DNA of 63,950 bases, counting the filler, from Hyphochytrium catenoides (taxonomy: Eukaryota > Protista > Hyphochytriomycota), in NCBI GenBank assembly GCA_900088475.1. It is 7 parts of 7 records of this genome, joined end to end, with 100 filler letters (N's around TTAATTAATTAA, not from the genome) between each part and the next. Parts side by side here need not be neighbours in the genome. Positions count along the whole stretch, not along the records: positions 1 to 16,007 come from FLMG01002110.1; positions 16,108 to 22,388 come from FLMG01000812.1; positions 22,489 to 34,200 come from FLMG01001153.1; 4 more parts are not named here. One strand, given 5' to 3'. A program made the translations under genes and the position numbers. Below are positions 13,540 to 26,358 of this stretch, one piece after another. The notes beneath the pieces were generated by a model that saw nothing but the letters and a program-made list of their open reading frames with translations, searched no databases and was not told the DNA's origin. The number at the start of each line of letters is the position of its first letter. The stretch's first letter is position 1.

Positions 13540-14074
13540 CTACTCCTTCTTCTTAGTGATGGAGAGGACGTTGATCTTGAGGTACGCGGCGATCTCATTG
13601 GCGGCTCTGATGACGTAGTAAAGATAGGCGATCACGGTGTAACTCAACTCGAAAAACGCAGCCACCGTCAGATCCACAGGAGGTGCCTTCAAAGAGTATC
13701 TGCACAGAGAGGGAGAGAGAGAGAGCGAGAGAGAGAGTATGAGAGAAAGAGACGAAGGGGAGAGAGAGGACAGAGAGGAAGAGAGCAAGGCGAACAACGA
13801 CGGGAGAAAGAGAGGAAGGACGAGAACGAAAGGAAGAAAAGCCCCGTGAAGCGGAGTGAGTTGGGAGGAGAGATAATAGATGATAGAGCGAGAGCAGGAA
13901 AGAGAGAAACAGACTTGCATACAAGAAGTGGAAAAAGGCGGCGAAAGAGGGAGAGGAGCGAAGAGAACAGAAGGAATCTTTACAAGAGAGAGAAGGGAGC
14001 GAGAGCAAAGGTTCTGGACACAAGTGAGAGTGAGAGAAGCCCCAGAAGGTAGAACAGTGACAAGTCCAAAAGGC

Positions 14075-14122
<48 letters not shown>

Positions 14123-14960
14123 CAGAAAGGAGTCCTAACCCACCCAAACAGAGCTGCAATCTGCGTGCTATAGGTGTTGGCGACCACCAGCGCCAGAGGG
14201 ACCAGAAGTCTAAAGTTGGTCGGGCAAGGAACCTTCGCCACGTGAGAGATGATCACCGTTGTCTGGCAAAGGAGAGAGAGAGAAAGAAAGAGTGAGTGAG
14301 AGAGAGAGAGAGAGAGAGAGAGGAAGAGAGAGAAGACAGAGCAAACATAGAGATTGACAGCCAAAAGGAAAAGGCGAAAGAAAAATAGAGAGGATAAGTG
14401 AGATCGCTATGCTCGGCAATGACTTCTGCTTACGATGAGAGACGGATCAACGGAGGAGGAGGAAAGAAAGAGGGAGAAAAAGCGTTGCGGCTAAAGATTT
14501 ATTAGGAGGAGAAAACGTGGAAGAAAAGAACAACAGAGAACCAAGAAGTAAGATGAAAGTAGAACAGCAAGATAGTGCGAAGAAAGAAGCGTGAGAGGAA
14601 AANNNNNNGACATATGGGCGGAGATGAATCCCATGGTGTAGAGATGGAGGAGAGGAAACTCTTCATACACCGCAGCGCCCGGACCCGTGATCCAGAGAAT
14701 GCCCAGCGCATAGATCATAAAGGGAACAATGATGGTCCGCTTGGACAGCTGAGGGAAAAGAGAGAGGAAGAGAGAGAGGAGGAGAGAGAGTAAAAGATTA
14801 TAATGTGAAGATTTCAGTTAGGAAATCGAAGATTGAAAGAGAAGAAAAGAGGCGTCAACACAGAAGTAGACGTCGTCAATGGGAGAGAGGAAGGAAGTTA
14901 AGAGAAGAGACGTCGGAGAAAGGCCAGGAGACTTGAAGATCATGAAGGGAAGAAAGAGAA

Positions 14961-15008
<48 letters not shown>

Positions 15009-15497
15009 GAAATACCCTCTTATATCCTCTCTCCTGCTTGGGGATAGTGTCTGCATCCAGAAGAAGTCCTGCAGTCACACTGCAAACACATTATCAGACT
15101 CTGAGGCACTCAGAAAGAGAAACCTCTAGACAGACTTGAAGAGGGAGAGACAATGGGAAAGAGAGAAAGAAACAGCAAAGAAGCAATGAAAAGAGAAATA
15201 AAAGACAGGATGCAAAGAGACAGTGAGAGAAACGGAACAATGGAAAGTGAAGAAATGGAGGGACGAATAGGATAGGGAGAGAGAGAGAGAAAGGGAGACC
15301 CTCTCACATAGAAGTCAAGAGAGAGATAGATAGAGAGTGATCGAGAAGAGAAACGAAAGAGAGGAGGCAAGGGAGAGTGGGACGTACTTTCCGATGGTAA
15401 GAATCGAGTTGGCCGTCAGAAGCGTCACTGCCAGGACATTCCTCACTGTGAGATATGGAAGAGAAGGAATCGGAGCCCAGTAGAACGCGTCGGGGCC

Positions 15498-15540
<43 letters not shown>

Positions 15541-16007
15541 AGAGAGAGAAGGGAAGAGAGAGACAAAGACGGAATATGTAGTAGAGATAAGGGAGAAGAG
15601 AGAGAGAAGAGGGGCGTTATACGTTTTGAGGAGACAAGAAGAAGAAGGGCATCCCCTCTGGACCGTTGTCATCTTCTTCATTCTCTCCCAGTTGGTCTCC
15701 CTTTCTCTCCCTTTTTCCCTCCCCCTCTTTTCCTCCTACATTAGCGTCCTCTCGTCCCTCACCTGCACTCAATCTTTCTTTTGTTTTGTCTTCTGTTTAC
15801 CTTCTTCTTGGTTCCCAATCCCCTCCAGAGACATGATTTGCTAGGATCAACGTCTGAATAACTCCCTCTCTCTCTCCTTCTCCCTCTCTCTCCTCTTAGT
15901 TTCCCTCTCTGCCTGCAGCGCTACTTGACGATCCTTCTTTCTCTCTCTTTCTCTCTCTCTTGTCTTACCCAGTATTGCAGAGACGGCATAGATGGCCACG
16001 AGAGAGA
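13540..16007 (-). CDS. Choline/ethanolamine phosphotransferase (CEPT/EPT1 family), 3' part; 5' cut by scaffold edge
   Basis: Exons include LVAIYAVSAILG|PDAFYWAP..., FMIYALGILWITGPGAAVYEEFPLLHLYTMGFISAHM and TTVIISHVAKVP. The family-typical C-terminus YVIRAANEIAAYLKINVLSITKKKE* ends at TAG 13540-13542. The catalytic DGxxAR motif is not in the window. Confidence 0.8.
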
Positions 16008-16107
16008 NNNNNNNNNNNNNNNNNNNNNNNNNNNNNNNNNNNNNNNNNNNNTTAATTAATTAANNNNNNNNNNNNNNNNNNNNNNNNNNNNNNNNNNNNN
16101 NNNNNNN
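16008..16107. other. Artificial 100-nt scaffold spacer
   Basis: 44 N + TTAATTAATTAA (stops in all six frames) + 44 N. Confidence 0.97.
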
Positions 16108-16536
16108 AGAAGACGATGTTCTTCCTCCGGCAACACCAGCCACTGAGGGTTCGTTCGCCTTGAGAAGCTCAGCGCAGCCCGAGAAACCTTAGGTCAAGCC
16201 GTCAGTGGGGGCTGTTCCAGGGACCAGGCCTGTCTCTTCTCTCTCTACCTATTCTTACTCTCTCTCTCTTTCATTGCCCCGTGTCTTTCTCTCTCTGCTG
16301 CTGGCTTATGTCGGCTCTGTCTCTTCCAGTCAATGGCCTTTCGTCATTTCTTCATTTTCTCAAGCTTATATTCCCGCATAGCAGTCACACTCTTCAAGCT
16401 TGAGTGCCTTTCTATCTGTCTCTTTCTCTTTCTGTCTCCCTCTCTCTTTCTGTCTCTCTTCCTCTCCTCCTCCCATGTTTTCTTCTCCTTCTTCCCCCTC
16501 TTGCTCTGGTAGTTTGATCTCTTGGCAGACACGTAC

Positions 16537-16676
16537 CCTTCCACACTTGGCCTCTGATCTCTGCCGGTATCCCCGCTCTCACAGCTGTCAGGAGCTCAGG
16601 ATTTCTTTCAAAGACTCCTGTCGCCACGCAATTCTCAAGCTGCTTGGATCGAGAGCTCGCATGGCCCTAGGAGCGC

Positions 16677-16739
<63 letters not shown>

Positions 16740-17192
16740 AGAGGGTGAGAGTCTTGTTCATAGAGTATCGATGAAAAGGATAGGCGAATGACTGAACAAG
16801 TGGAGCGATAAGAGAGAGAGAAAAGAGAGAGGGAGAGAGACAAAGAGGGAAGCCAGGTACTTGATGTCACAGTGACGGTTGGCTGTAGATAAGGAAATAG
16901 AAGGAGAGGCGGGGGAGTCGCAGCTTGGGACAATGTATAGAAGGAAATCTAGGAAACGAGCAAAAGACTGACAATTCTCTAACGTAACGCATAAGCAAAT
17001 GCTCTCTCTCTCTCTTCCCTCTCTCTCTCTCTCTTCGCTTGTCTCTCCCCTCACCTGCATAAGGAGGTCAAGCCATTTCCTGGCAGTGCTCGGTAGCTCC
17101 TGCTGCGGACTGCCTTTATTCTCACTCCGGTCAAAGACCTCAAGACAGAGAAAGAAGAGAGAAAGCAAAAGAGAGAACGCAAAAGAAAGGAA

Positions 17193-17235
<43 letters not shown>

Positions 17236-17811
17236 GACTATCAGTAAAGAAGTACTGCCAACCAACAATCATCGCTCATCTCCTCACCTTGAGAACAAAC
17301 ATCTTTGTGGAAGACTGGGCAATCCACACGAGGACAGGCGGGAACTCTTGGCTCATACCTCCAAAGTGGTCGTCAAAGAATGTTATTCTCCCTTTCTCTC
17401 CCTCTCCTTCTCTCTCTCTCTCTCCCTCTTTCTCTCCTGTCACCCGCACGATAGAAGCCTGTCGGACATTGATCCGCCCCTGGAGAAAGGGAAGATTCTC
17501 GTCTGGGAAGTAAATGAGATCTCCTGACTCTAAGAAGATGAAGAAGTGCTTCTTCCAAAGAGACGGAAGATAGTGGAACTCCTTCCTGCAGGAAGGAGAG
17601 AGAAGAGAGAAAGAGGTAACGACTCAATAGGAAGCTACGGATAAGGAAATAACGAGAAGAGAGAGAGAGACAGTGTCGGAGAAAAAATTGGCAGAGGGAA
17701 AGCGAGAGAGAGTATAAAGAGAAAAAGTTCAGGTAGGGCAGCGCAGAGGGGACGAGACTAATGTTTAGAGAAACCGACGGACACAGAAAAGGAGAGAGAC
17801 AGACACAAGGG

Positions 17812-17858
<47 letters not shown>

Positions 17859-19076
17859 AATAAGAGAGAGAGAGAGAGAGAGATAGGAAGAGAGAGAGTA
17901 GATGTGATCTTTTTCTGCTCAGACCTCTTCTGCATGTCCCTGCTAGCCTTCTCTCTTCTCTTGGAGAGCCAGCCCTGATAAAGAATGTTAATGGGAGGGC
18001 AGAAGAGAGAGAGAAGAGAGAGAAGCTCCAGCGGGCTCTGGTGGGAGGAGTGAGAGCTCCAGCTTCCTCCTTCCTCAAACGCAAGCATCCAGGCGTCTTC
18101 AGCCGTCAGAATCACAAATTTCCTGTCCGTCTCTCCCTCTCCCCCGCCGCTCAGCCCCACACCGCCGCCACTCTTGATTGTGTCCTAACCATCAAGAGAA
18201 GAGAGAGGAAAGATCAAGAGTGGAAAAGATAGCAAGAGAAAGGGCGATCGGAGAGGAGAGAGAGAGGCGGACAGACAGTGAGGGCTAGAGAACGAGAGTG
18301 TAAAAGACAGATGAAGACAGAGAGAGAGAAAGGGACAGAGACAGAGAGAGAGAGAAAGAAGTTCACAACAGCAGCCTGAGTGAGGAAGAGAAAAACAATT
18401 GGAGCAGAATAGGGTAGAATCAAAGTGAGAGAAAGGGAGAAAGAAAAGAAGTCGAACGAAGAGAGAGTACGAAGAAGAGTCGAGGAAGAGAGTAGAAGAG
18501 AGAATATGAAAACTGGCATCTTCATCTTGAGGTAAGGACCAGAAGCGAGGGAGAGAAGAGTCGAGAGAGACATTTGTTGGCAAGATGAAAGGCTTATAAA
18601 AGTACGAGAAACCGGAATGGAAGAGCCAGGAAGAAGAGCAAGAAGGAGAGGAAGAAAAGGAAGAGAGGAAGAAGACTAAGCGTGAACGAGAGAGAGAGAG
18701 AGAGAGAAGAGAGAGAGAAGAGAGAGGGAGCAGAAAAAGAGAAGGGACAAATAGAGTGACAAGAGGTTGAGAGAGACAGAGACGAAGGCCTCTACCGGTC
18801 TAGGCAGGAGGCATAGTCCATAGATATGGTTCAGCTGTATCAGCTCCTTCGGCTCCTTCTCGGCCATGCTCACGTGCTGAGGAGAATCTGCGACCAAAGA
18901 GGCACGGAGGGGAAAGAGAGAGCAAGACAGAGAGTGAGAGAGAGAGAGAGAGAAGAGACAGATAGTAAGAGAGAGAGGCAGAGACAGAGGAAAGAATCAA
19001 AACGAGAGAGAGAGAGAGAAAAGTTTAGAGAGATTGACATTATGAAGAGATGCTGAAGTACAGACAGGAAGAGAGA

Positions 19077-19123
<47 letters not shown>

Positions 19124-19512
19124 AGGGAGAATCCAAGAAGGCCTATTCTGAGAAGAATCTGCAACCAACCAAAGAGAGACGGAGGGGAGGGAGAGAGAAA
19201 GACAGAGAGAGACACACACAAAGAGTGAGAGAGGGGCAAAGAGTGAGACAAAGAGACAGAGACAGAGACGAGAAAGAGAATGAGAGAGAGAATAGAGAGA
19301 GCGAGAGCGAGAGAGAGAAGAGGCAAAAGGGGAGAGAAAGAGAATGAAGAGAGAGAGCGTAGAGGGTTCCAGGTACCATAATAGCAGAGCTCTCTGTTGC
19401 CTGCCCCAGCTTTGAGCACGAAGAATCGTCTCTTCCATCGTTTATTAAACTTCGTCGCCTTCTTCAGCCACCCGCTCCAGCTCACTGAACCCTTGCTCAA
19501 GCGATGGTCCAT
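16537..19512 (-). CDS. PH-PH-TBC (Rab-GAP) protein, 5' part; TBC domain incomplete
   Basis: ATG at 19512. PH1: WSGWLKKATKFNKRWKRRFFVLK...ELCYY. PH2: GWLSKR...LWKKHFFIFLESGDLIYF...LQGRINV...ARKWLDLL. TBC start motif AVRAGIPAEIRGQVWK is followed by a GT donor at 16536. Confidence 0.75.
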
Positions 19513-19543
19513 CCTTAGTCCCTCCTGCGAGCTCTCTCTCTTC

Positions 19544-19583
<40 letters not shown>

Positions 19584-20210
19584 CTCTCTTCTGCTGCCCT
19601 TTGTCTAGTTTTTCAAAGAGCTTGCTCTTCCTATCTTTTGCAGGCTTTTTTCATCCTATGGCTGTTGTCCCATCCAGCCTCTGTCGGACATCTCTCTCTC
19701 TCTCTCTTTCTCTGTCTCCGCCGCGCTTCTTTCTATCTCTCTTCTTCCACTCCTCCTCGCTCTCAGGCACTATCGTAGAGCAGGAGAGAAAGAAGGCAGC
19801 AAGACAAGCAGAGAGCTGATGAGAGAGAGGAAGAGCAGGAGAGAGAAAGATGAAGCGAAGGAGGAACAGAGAAGAAGGAGATGAGGGGCTGTTTGCCTTG
19901 ATGTTGAAGATGGTGACGCCGTGACGCCGTGAAGAGGAGGACGAAAGAGGATGATCAGAACCCGACAAGTCCCGGATCCAAGGCAGGAGACAGAGAGGAA
20001 GACAGAGAGAGGGAGATAAGAGGGAGATAAGAAAGAGGGATATAAAAAAGAGAGAGAGAGAGAGACAGAAAGAGAGAGAAGAGAGAAAGAAACAGCGAAA
20101 AAAGAGGAAGAGAGAGAGTGGGAGGGAAGAGAGAGAGGAAGAGAAAAAGAGACAGAGACAGAGATAAGAGAGAGAGAGGGAGGAGAGCAGAGAGCAGAGA
20201 CGGACACGAA

Positions 20211-20252
<42 letters not shown>

Positions 20253-20434
20253 CAAAGAGAGGAAAGAGCCTGGCAGACACAGACAAAGAAGACACAAGAA
20301 GGATGAGAGAGACAAGACAAAAGAGAAGATACTTCCTTTTGATTAATCAAGAGCAGAATCTAAACTCTGATTCTTTGTGAAGGCCCTCGCGATTCTGACC
20401 GTTTCATGGGGTGTCGCTGTATGAGAGAGGCAGC

Positions 20435-20495
<61 letters not shown>

Positions 20496-21175
20496 AATAG
20501 AGAGAGAAAGAGAGAGAGAGAAAGAGAGAGAGAGAAAGAGAGAAAGAAAGAGGGAGAGAGAGTGTGAGAGAGAAAGATAGAGTAAGGCGGTTAGCCTCCT
20601 TGGTCTGTAGCCTCCAGAAGCTGATGTTTGTGAACGATGAGGACAAACAATGACGGACACAACAAGGAAGAGGGAGAGTAAGATAGAAAGGAGAGAGGCG
20701 CAGAGGGGAGAAAATGGTGAAAGAAAGGAAGAGGCAGCAGGAGAGAAGAAGTCGATGTTGTCATCTGATCAGCAGGAAAGATGTGAGAAAGGCGCAAGAA
20801 GAAGGAGAGAGACCACGAGGAATACCAAGAGAGAACGAAAGAAAGAGGAAGAAGAAGAGAGAAAGACTTGATGACAAGATGATGTTCCTCTTCTTCTTTA
20901 TAAGGCGAGAAGAGAGAGACTTCCTGAAGAGTTCTCTCCTGCTATGTAGCGGACTGTCCTGTTAGATCTCGAAGCATAGTAGGGAGCCTAAATAATAATC
21001 TCTCTCACTCCTCCTCCCTGCTCTTCTCCAAGCTCTCACTTCTCTGCAGCACTCTTTCTCTCCTGCGTCGTAATCCAGGTCTTTTTCTTTCTCTCTCTCT
21101 CTCTCTCTCTNNNNNNNNNNNNNNNNNNNNNNNNNNNNNNNNNNTTCTTCTTCTTCTTCGTCTCTCTCCTTCACT

Positions 21176-22324
21176 TTGTCCATCAAGAAAGAAGAAGAGA
21201 GACGTACCTGCTCCCCTCCTACTCCAGAAAAGGAGAGAGTCGTCGGCTGCAGCAGTGAGAACAAAGAGAGCGAGCTCTCTCTCTCTCTCACTCCCTCCTC
21301 CACAAAGAGAGAAGACGAGGTAGTTCATTATCAAAAGGTCCAACAACTGGAGCGAGAGAGAGAAGAGAAGAGAGACAGAGCAACTATATTGACATCTCTC
21401 TCTCTTTCCTCTCCACCTCTGTCTCCTCCTTCCGCCGCCTTAGCTACGCCAAAGCCTGGAAAGAGCCAAAGTCCGATTCCGCTCGAGAAGAAACACTTGT
21501 CTCTTTCTTCTTCTCTCTCTCTCTCTCCTCTCCTCACCTATTCGTTCTCTTCTTCCCTTCAAGACGGTAATAGAAGCCATGTCTCTCTTTCTGTTTCTCT
21601 CTCCCCTTCCCAACAGAGAAGAGAAGTGGGAGTCGTTCCTCCTGATTCTAAGTCGTCTCCCTCTTCTTCTCTTCTCTCTTCTGCGAAAAGTGTCTCTTTC
21701 TCTTCTTCTTCTTCTCTTCTCTCTCCGCTAAGGAAGAAGGCTCAGAAAGAGGAAGAGAGACATTCTTCTTCTCCTCTTCGGCCGCTTGTTCTAGGAAAGC
21801 GCTCTCTCTCTCGCTATGGATACCGACGTCTTCTCTCGTCTTCCCAGGCGTCTCTCTCCACAGCAGGAGACAATGACTCTCTCTCTTCTTCTTCCGTTTC
21901 CTCTTCTTCTCTCTCTCTCTCTCGTTCTTCTTCTTCTTCTTCTCCGCCACAATCTCCCAAAAAGAAAGAGAGAGAGACACATCTTCGCCGCTGGGACACC
22001 CGGCACCATGACCTTCCTCCCTTTCCTGCCATTACGCCTGCGTCTCCTCTCTCTTCTCCTCCCTCCTCTTCGTCCTCCTCTCTCTCTCTCTCTTCTCCTT
22101 CTTCTTCTTCTCCTGCTCTTGTTGCCTCTCTCTTCTCTTCCAAGAGAGAGAGAGGCGTCGAGGAAGGAGTGCGCACACGCGTTGTCTTCCAATATAATGA
22201 CAGAGTTACCTTCTCGAGAGTGATCTCTGAAGATTCTCTCCAGTTTGACTCGCATTTCGAGGGAGGAAACCTTCAGGCGGCACACAGAGTTTACGGAGAG
22301 ACGCACGGGCTTTGGGATCAGGAG
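21176..22324 (+). CDS. Cytosolic carboxypeptidase (M14D, CCP/AGBL/Nna1-like) N-terminal exon with long Ser-rich leader; 3' cut by scaffold edge
   Basis: SLQFDSHFEGGNLQAAHRV...DQE matches the CCP N-domain LxFxSxFE(S/G)GNL motif. Donor gtaaga at 22325. The start codon is uncertain. Confidence 0.75.
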
Positions 22325-22388
22325 GTAAGAGAAGAGAGAGAGGAAGAGGGAGAGAGAAACTCTGCAAGAAGAGACATAATATATATAG

Positions 22389-22488
22389 NNNNNNNNNNNN
22401 NNNNNNNNNNNNNNNNNNNNNNNNNNNNNNNNTTAATTAATTAANNNNNNNNNNNNNNNNNNNNNNNNNNNNNNNNNNNNNNNNNNNN
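22389..22488. other. Artificial 100-nt scaffold spacer
   Basis: 44 N + TTAATTAATTAA + 44 N. Confidence 0.97.
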
Positions 22489-24521
22489 AGAAAGTTATGG
22501 AGGTGATAATTTAACCTATGGCCAATGCTGAGAGAGTGCCCCTAATTGCCCACCCCTGCTTGGGAGTAGAACTACTGGGAGTCCTACTGTTTCTTTAGGA
22601 CTTACTGGTGGTGGTGCAGCCAAAACAGTAGTTCTGTTAGAATGAGGGAAATGGCATCTATTATTTCTATTGCATTTTTATAAAATAAACGGCTCCTCAC
22701 TGGTGCGAGATGCTGTTCGTAGTTCATAGCTCTCTTGTTACTGAGAGAAATCCCTGGTCAAAACAATGACAACATAGATTTATTTTGCTTCACATAAAAT
22801 CTACAATAAAGTGTTATAGTTTTACCAGTAGAAGAGCCATGGGCGGCGCGCGGCGCTGATGGTGCGGGCCGCTGCTTGGTCGCGCCAGGCCACAGGAAAC
22901 AAAGGAAAGCTGCTGAGCGTTTGACGCCAAGGCTTTGTCAGCCTGTGTGAGCCTTCAGCTTGGTCTGCTCTCAGCCCGAGAGCTAATAATAGGGCACGCT
23001 GCCTCATCATCAGGGTAGATCATGCTGAGGATGACGGATGTTGAGTCTCCAGACTAGAAGTGTTGAGGGCAAGCGGTCCCGATTCCTCCCTCTTGAAACC
23101 CGCCACCTCTAGTGCGGGGCGGGAAAACGCAGCAACGCCCTTCTCTCACCACCTCGGGCAGTGACCAGCGGCTCGCGGTATTCCCCTCGAGAGAACAAAT
23201 ATTTGCGTCCCCATAAATTGTATGGGACAAGCAGTTGCGGAGCCTAAGCCTGGGGTTTGGACAGCCTGGCACCGGGGACTACTGCGCGTCGCTGTTTCTT
23301 GGCTCCACATTTCTTCTTCTCGCCCTAGCCGGTAGTAGAACTACTAATAATATGCAGCTTTCGCTGTGGTGGTCGGTCTAAGATGGCAAAGTTTGTCTGT
23401 TGACCAGGCTCCTGGTTCCTAAGCAATAGAACAGACGGCAAGCAGGCCTGATGGTCGTGAGATGACTTTCCCTCTTTCCCTAACAAAATGTTAGAAATAT
23501 TAGGGGAATGTTCGTAGAAGAGTTAGTCATCGTGTTTCCATCCCAGTGCCCGCCCGCCCAGTGTCTCACAAAGGAAAAGAACAGAAACTTCCTTTTCTGC
23601 CTTGTTCACTTCGTCACGTTGTTCGCTAGTACAAGTACATTCACGTTGGGGTTGTTCTCCTTCCTTGCTGGCCAGTCTACAGCCCACATGCAAAGGAGAC
23701 CGACCGCCTTGTACGTTCCCCTTTCTTATCTTCTGCTGTTCGATCGACAGGACGATGAGGATAACAAAGAACGAGGTCATCTAGTTCTATCGGCCGGCCA
23801 AGAAGAAGGTCGCAGACCCTCGACTCAGTCCTCCAACGACTGGGCCCGGGAAAAAAGCGATGTGCGGGATAAGGACAAGGGTGGGACCATTAGTGGCTTG
23901 ACTNNGAGAGAGAGAGAGGGAGAGAAAGAGAAAGAGAAGGGACAAAAGAGAGAGGCAACGAACTCTCGGGAGCTGCCAAAGAGAATGAGGAGAACGCAAG
24001 AAAGGAAGAGAAATTCTTCGTTCTTTGTTCAAGGGTCGACTGCAGCCCTTGATGGTAAGAATGAAAGGGCTCTCCTTTCGTAAAGAAGAGGAGGTGCCTC
24101 CTCTCGGTAGAAGCTATTTAGTAGTTTTTTGTCCTCCTTCTTTCCTCTCTCTTTCTTCTCTCTCGCTACACCGCATCGTAGCTGGGTCCATTCTTTCTTC
24201 GCTGTTTCCTTATTCTTCTTCCTCTTTCTCTTCCCTGGCTCGCCCAATGGCTCCCGTTCTCTTTCCGGCCTCTTCCTTGCTAGTAACCGTCTTGCAAAAC
24301 TAACAGAAAATAACAGGCAACGTCCTTGTCTCATTCCAGTTAGCCTGCGGCTTGCTCCTGTTATTCAGTCAGTCGATGGGCCTGTCTCCGTTATCCCAGT
24401 CAATCAATGGCCTGTCACGACTAATAAAGCTCCTCTTCCCCCAGTCCGATCCCCGTCAGAGGGCTCTTTCCTTCTGCTATCTGGGTTGAAGATTCTGGAC
24501 TTCCTCTGGCTCGAAGCGCCT

Positions 24522-24561
<40 letters not shown>

Positions 24562-24909
24562 CTCTCAGGTTATCCTAACTCCTTGTCACTGCGCTTGCGG
24601 TGACTCTTCTTGGCACAGACATGTCCGTGTCTTGTTGGGCACCCCAAAGGCCAATGTTAGACCTCTCATCCTCCTCCTCTCCCTCTGTCCTCCCGCGCAC
24701 TCTCATCATCCTCTACCTTCTCTCCTCGCGTGTGCCTTCTCTCCGTCCTCTGCTCAGAGAGCTCTTCCAATCACTTTCTCATCTCCACGGTCAAAGCTCT
24801 ACCGCGCTTCCCTCGGCACGGGAACCTGTCCTCGCAGCCTTCAGCTGCATACTTTATGCATTACAATCTTTCACCGTCCGTAGCATCCTCTCCTAGAAGA
24901 CTAAGCAAC

Positions 24910-25380
24910 ATGGGATTTCTTCGGTCAGCTCTATCACTGGGCGTCTGTGTCCTCTCTCTTTCCTCGCTGTCATTTGAAGCGTTGGCTCAGCCTGGGAAGC
25001 AAGCGGACTTGGCGTCTTCAAGATATCTCAATGAGAAAGTCGTGTCCAAGTTCCTTGTCGGGCAGGGCTGCGAAGGATATCGGCCCAGCGCCTCGCGCTG
25101 GGAGGAGCTTGCCCGTAGGATACATGGGATTCTGAATGAGGTTCGTCGCTCGGTTCTTGGCTTCCACTTCTGGACCCATTTGCTGCGGTCTTCTAGCTTC
25201 TTTCTCGCTGTCTTCTCTCTCTCTCTCTCCTCGTTTTTTTTTTGGTCGTGTGAAGTCCGGTGTGTCCGCATCTGACGGCTGGCGCTTACGCTTTCTAGTC
25301 TTCTCATTATGCATTGTCGTTGTTCCTTCAAACCCAATCACTGCGGTTTCTATAGACTGGCAATAGAAACACTGATATTG

Positions 25381-25413
<33 letters not shown>

Positions 25414-26358
25414 TCTCTCTAGGGACGTACTAACCTTGGTCCAGAAAAGATATCATCCCGTCGTTTGGCCGCAATCTTCATCCGAACCGCCTTCCACGAT
25501 GCAGGCACGCACAAGCCTGGACCTGGACCGATAGCCGAAGATCCTCTTCTCAATAAAGGCGGCGTGGGCGGTGCTGATGGCTCCATCGTGTTGAGAGAAG
25601 AAGAGAACGTCTTCCTGGCCAACCTCCTTCCCTTTCAGTTCATCCCATACGTACGAGGCTCACTGAAGCCTTTGGTCGAGGAATTCCAAGTGTCTTGGGC
25701 AGACGCCATCGCCGTCGCAGGCGCAGTGGCTTCCAACTTTTTCAACGTAAGGCCTCCGGCAGAATTCTTCCTGACGCTTGGCCGCTGTGATCGAGACGTT
25801 GCCAACCCGTTGGAGGCCCTGCCCGTGCCCTGGAGCACGTTTGACGACGTCCTCAAGTACTGGAAGTCCGTGGGCATCCCTCTCAGGCAAGCTGTTGCTC
25901 TAATGGGCAGTCACGTCACGATGCGAGACGGCGGCAAGAACCGGGACGGCAGTGAGAAGGCAGGACCGCTGATGTTCACCTGGACCAATAGATATTACCT
26001 GGACAGCACCTTAGGAGCCAAGTTTGTGCGCGGTGTTAATGAGACAGCAACAGTCCAATGGACGACCGGTAGCAACTGGCGGTACACTGTCAATGATGCA
26101 TTGACTAGCCTCACTACCCTTCCTTCTTCCATCTCTTTAGCCCGGGGCGGTGTCTCCAGTCCAGCTGTGGCTTGGATGAGTACCATAGCGTCCTTTGCAA
26201 GTCGTGAGGACGAATGGTTCACAGTCTATAATCAGGCGTACAGGGCCATGACGAACATTGGCGCTCACTGGGGGCCAGCGCGGCAAGAAGTCAGATTCTT
26301 AACCAGCAGAGTCCGGCAGCCATCATCAGCGTTGCGGACGCAGGGAGCTCGCAACTAG
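24910..26358 (+). CDS. Non-animal heme peroxidase (APX-related/hybrid-like), signal peptide, 2 exons (24910-25140, 25423-26358), 388 aa
   Basis: N-terminal MGFLRSALSLGVCVLSLSSLSFEALA. Phase-0 GT-AG intron. Distal RTAFHDAGT, GGADGSI, VSWADAIAVAG and LGRCD; proximal VALMGSH; C-terminal WFTVYNQAYRAMTNIG. Confidence 0.9.

Noticed and set aside
16052-16063. Recurring TTAATTAATTAA palindrome as a biological motif
   Set aside because: Always centred in exactly 44+44 Ns, so it is an assembly linker. Adjacency across these spacers, including that of the two PH-SnoaL genes, is not evidence of linkage.
5004-21346. Dozens of SLSLSL/ERERER ORFs in the track
   Set aside because: Translations of GA/CT microsatellite introns, which lack stop codons by composition.
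23040-23290. RNase MRP/P RNA (minus-strand AGTCCCCGG)
   Set aside because: No GARAR loop or matching CR-V/P4 partner recognisable.
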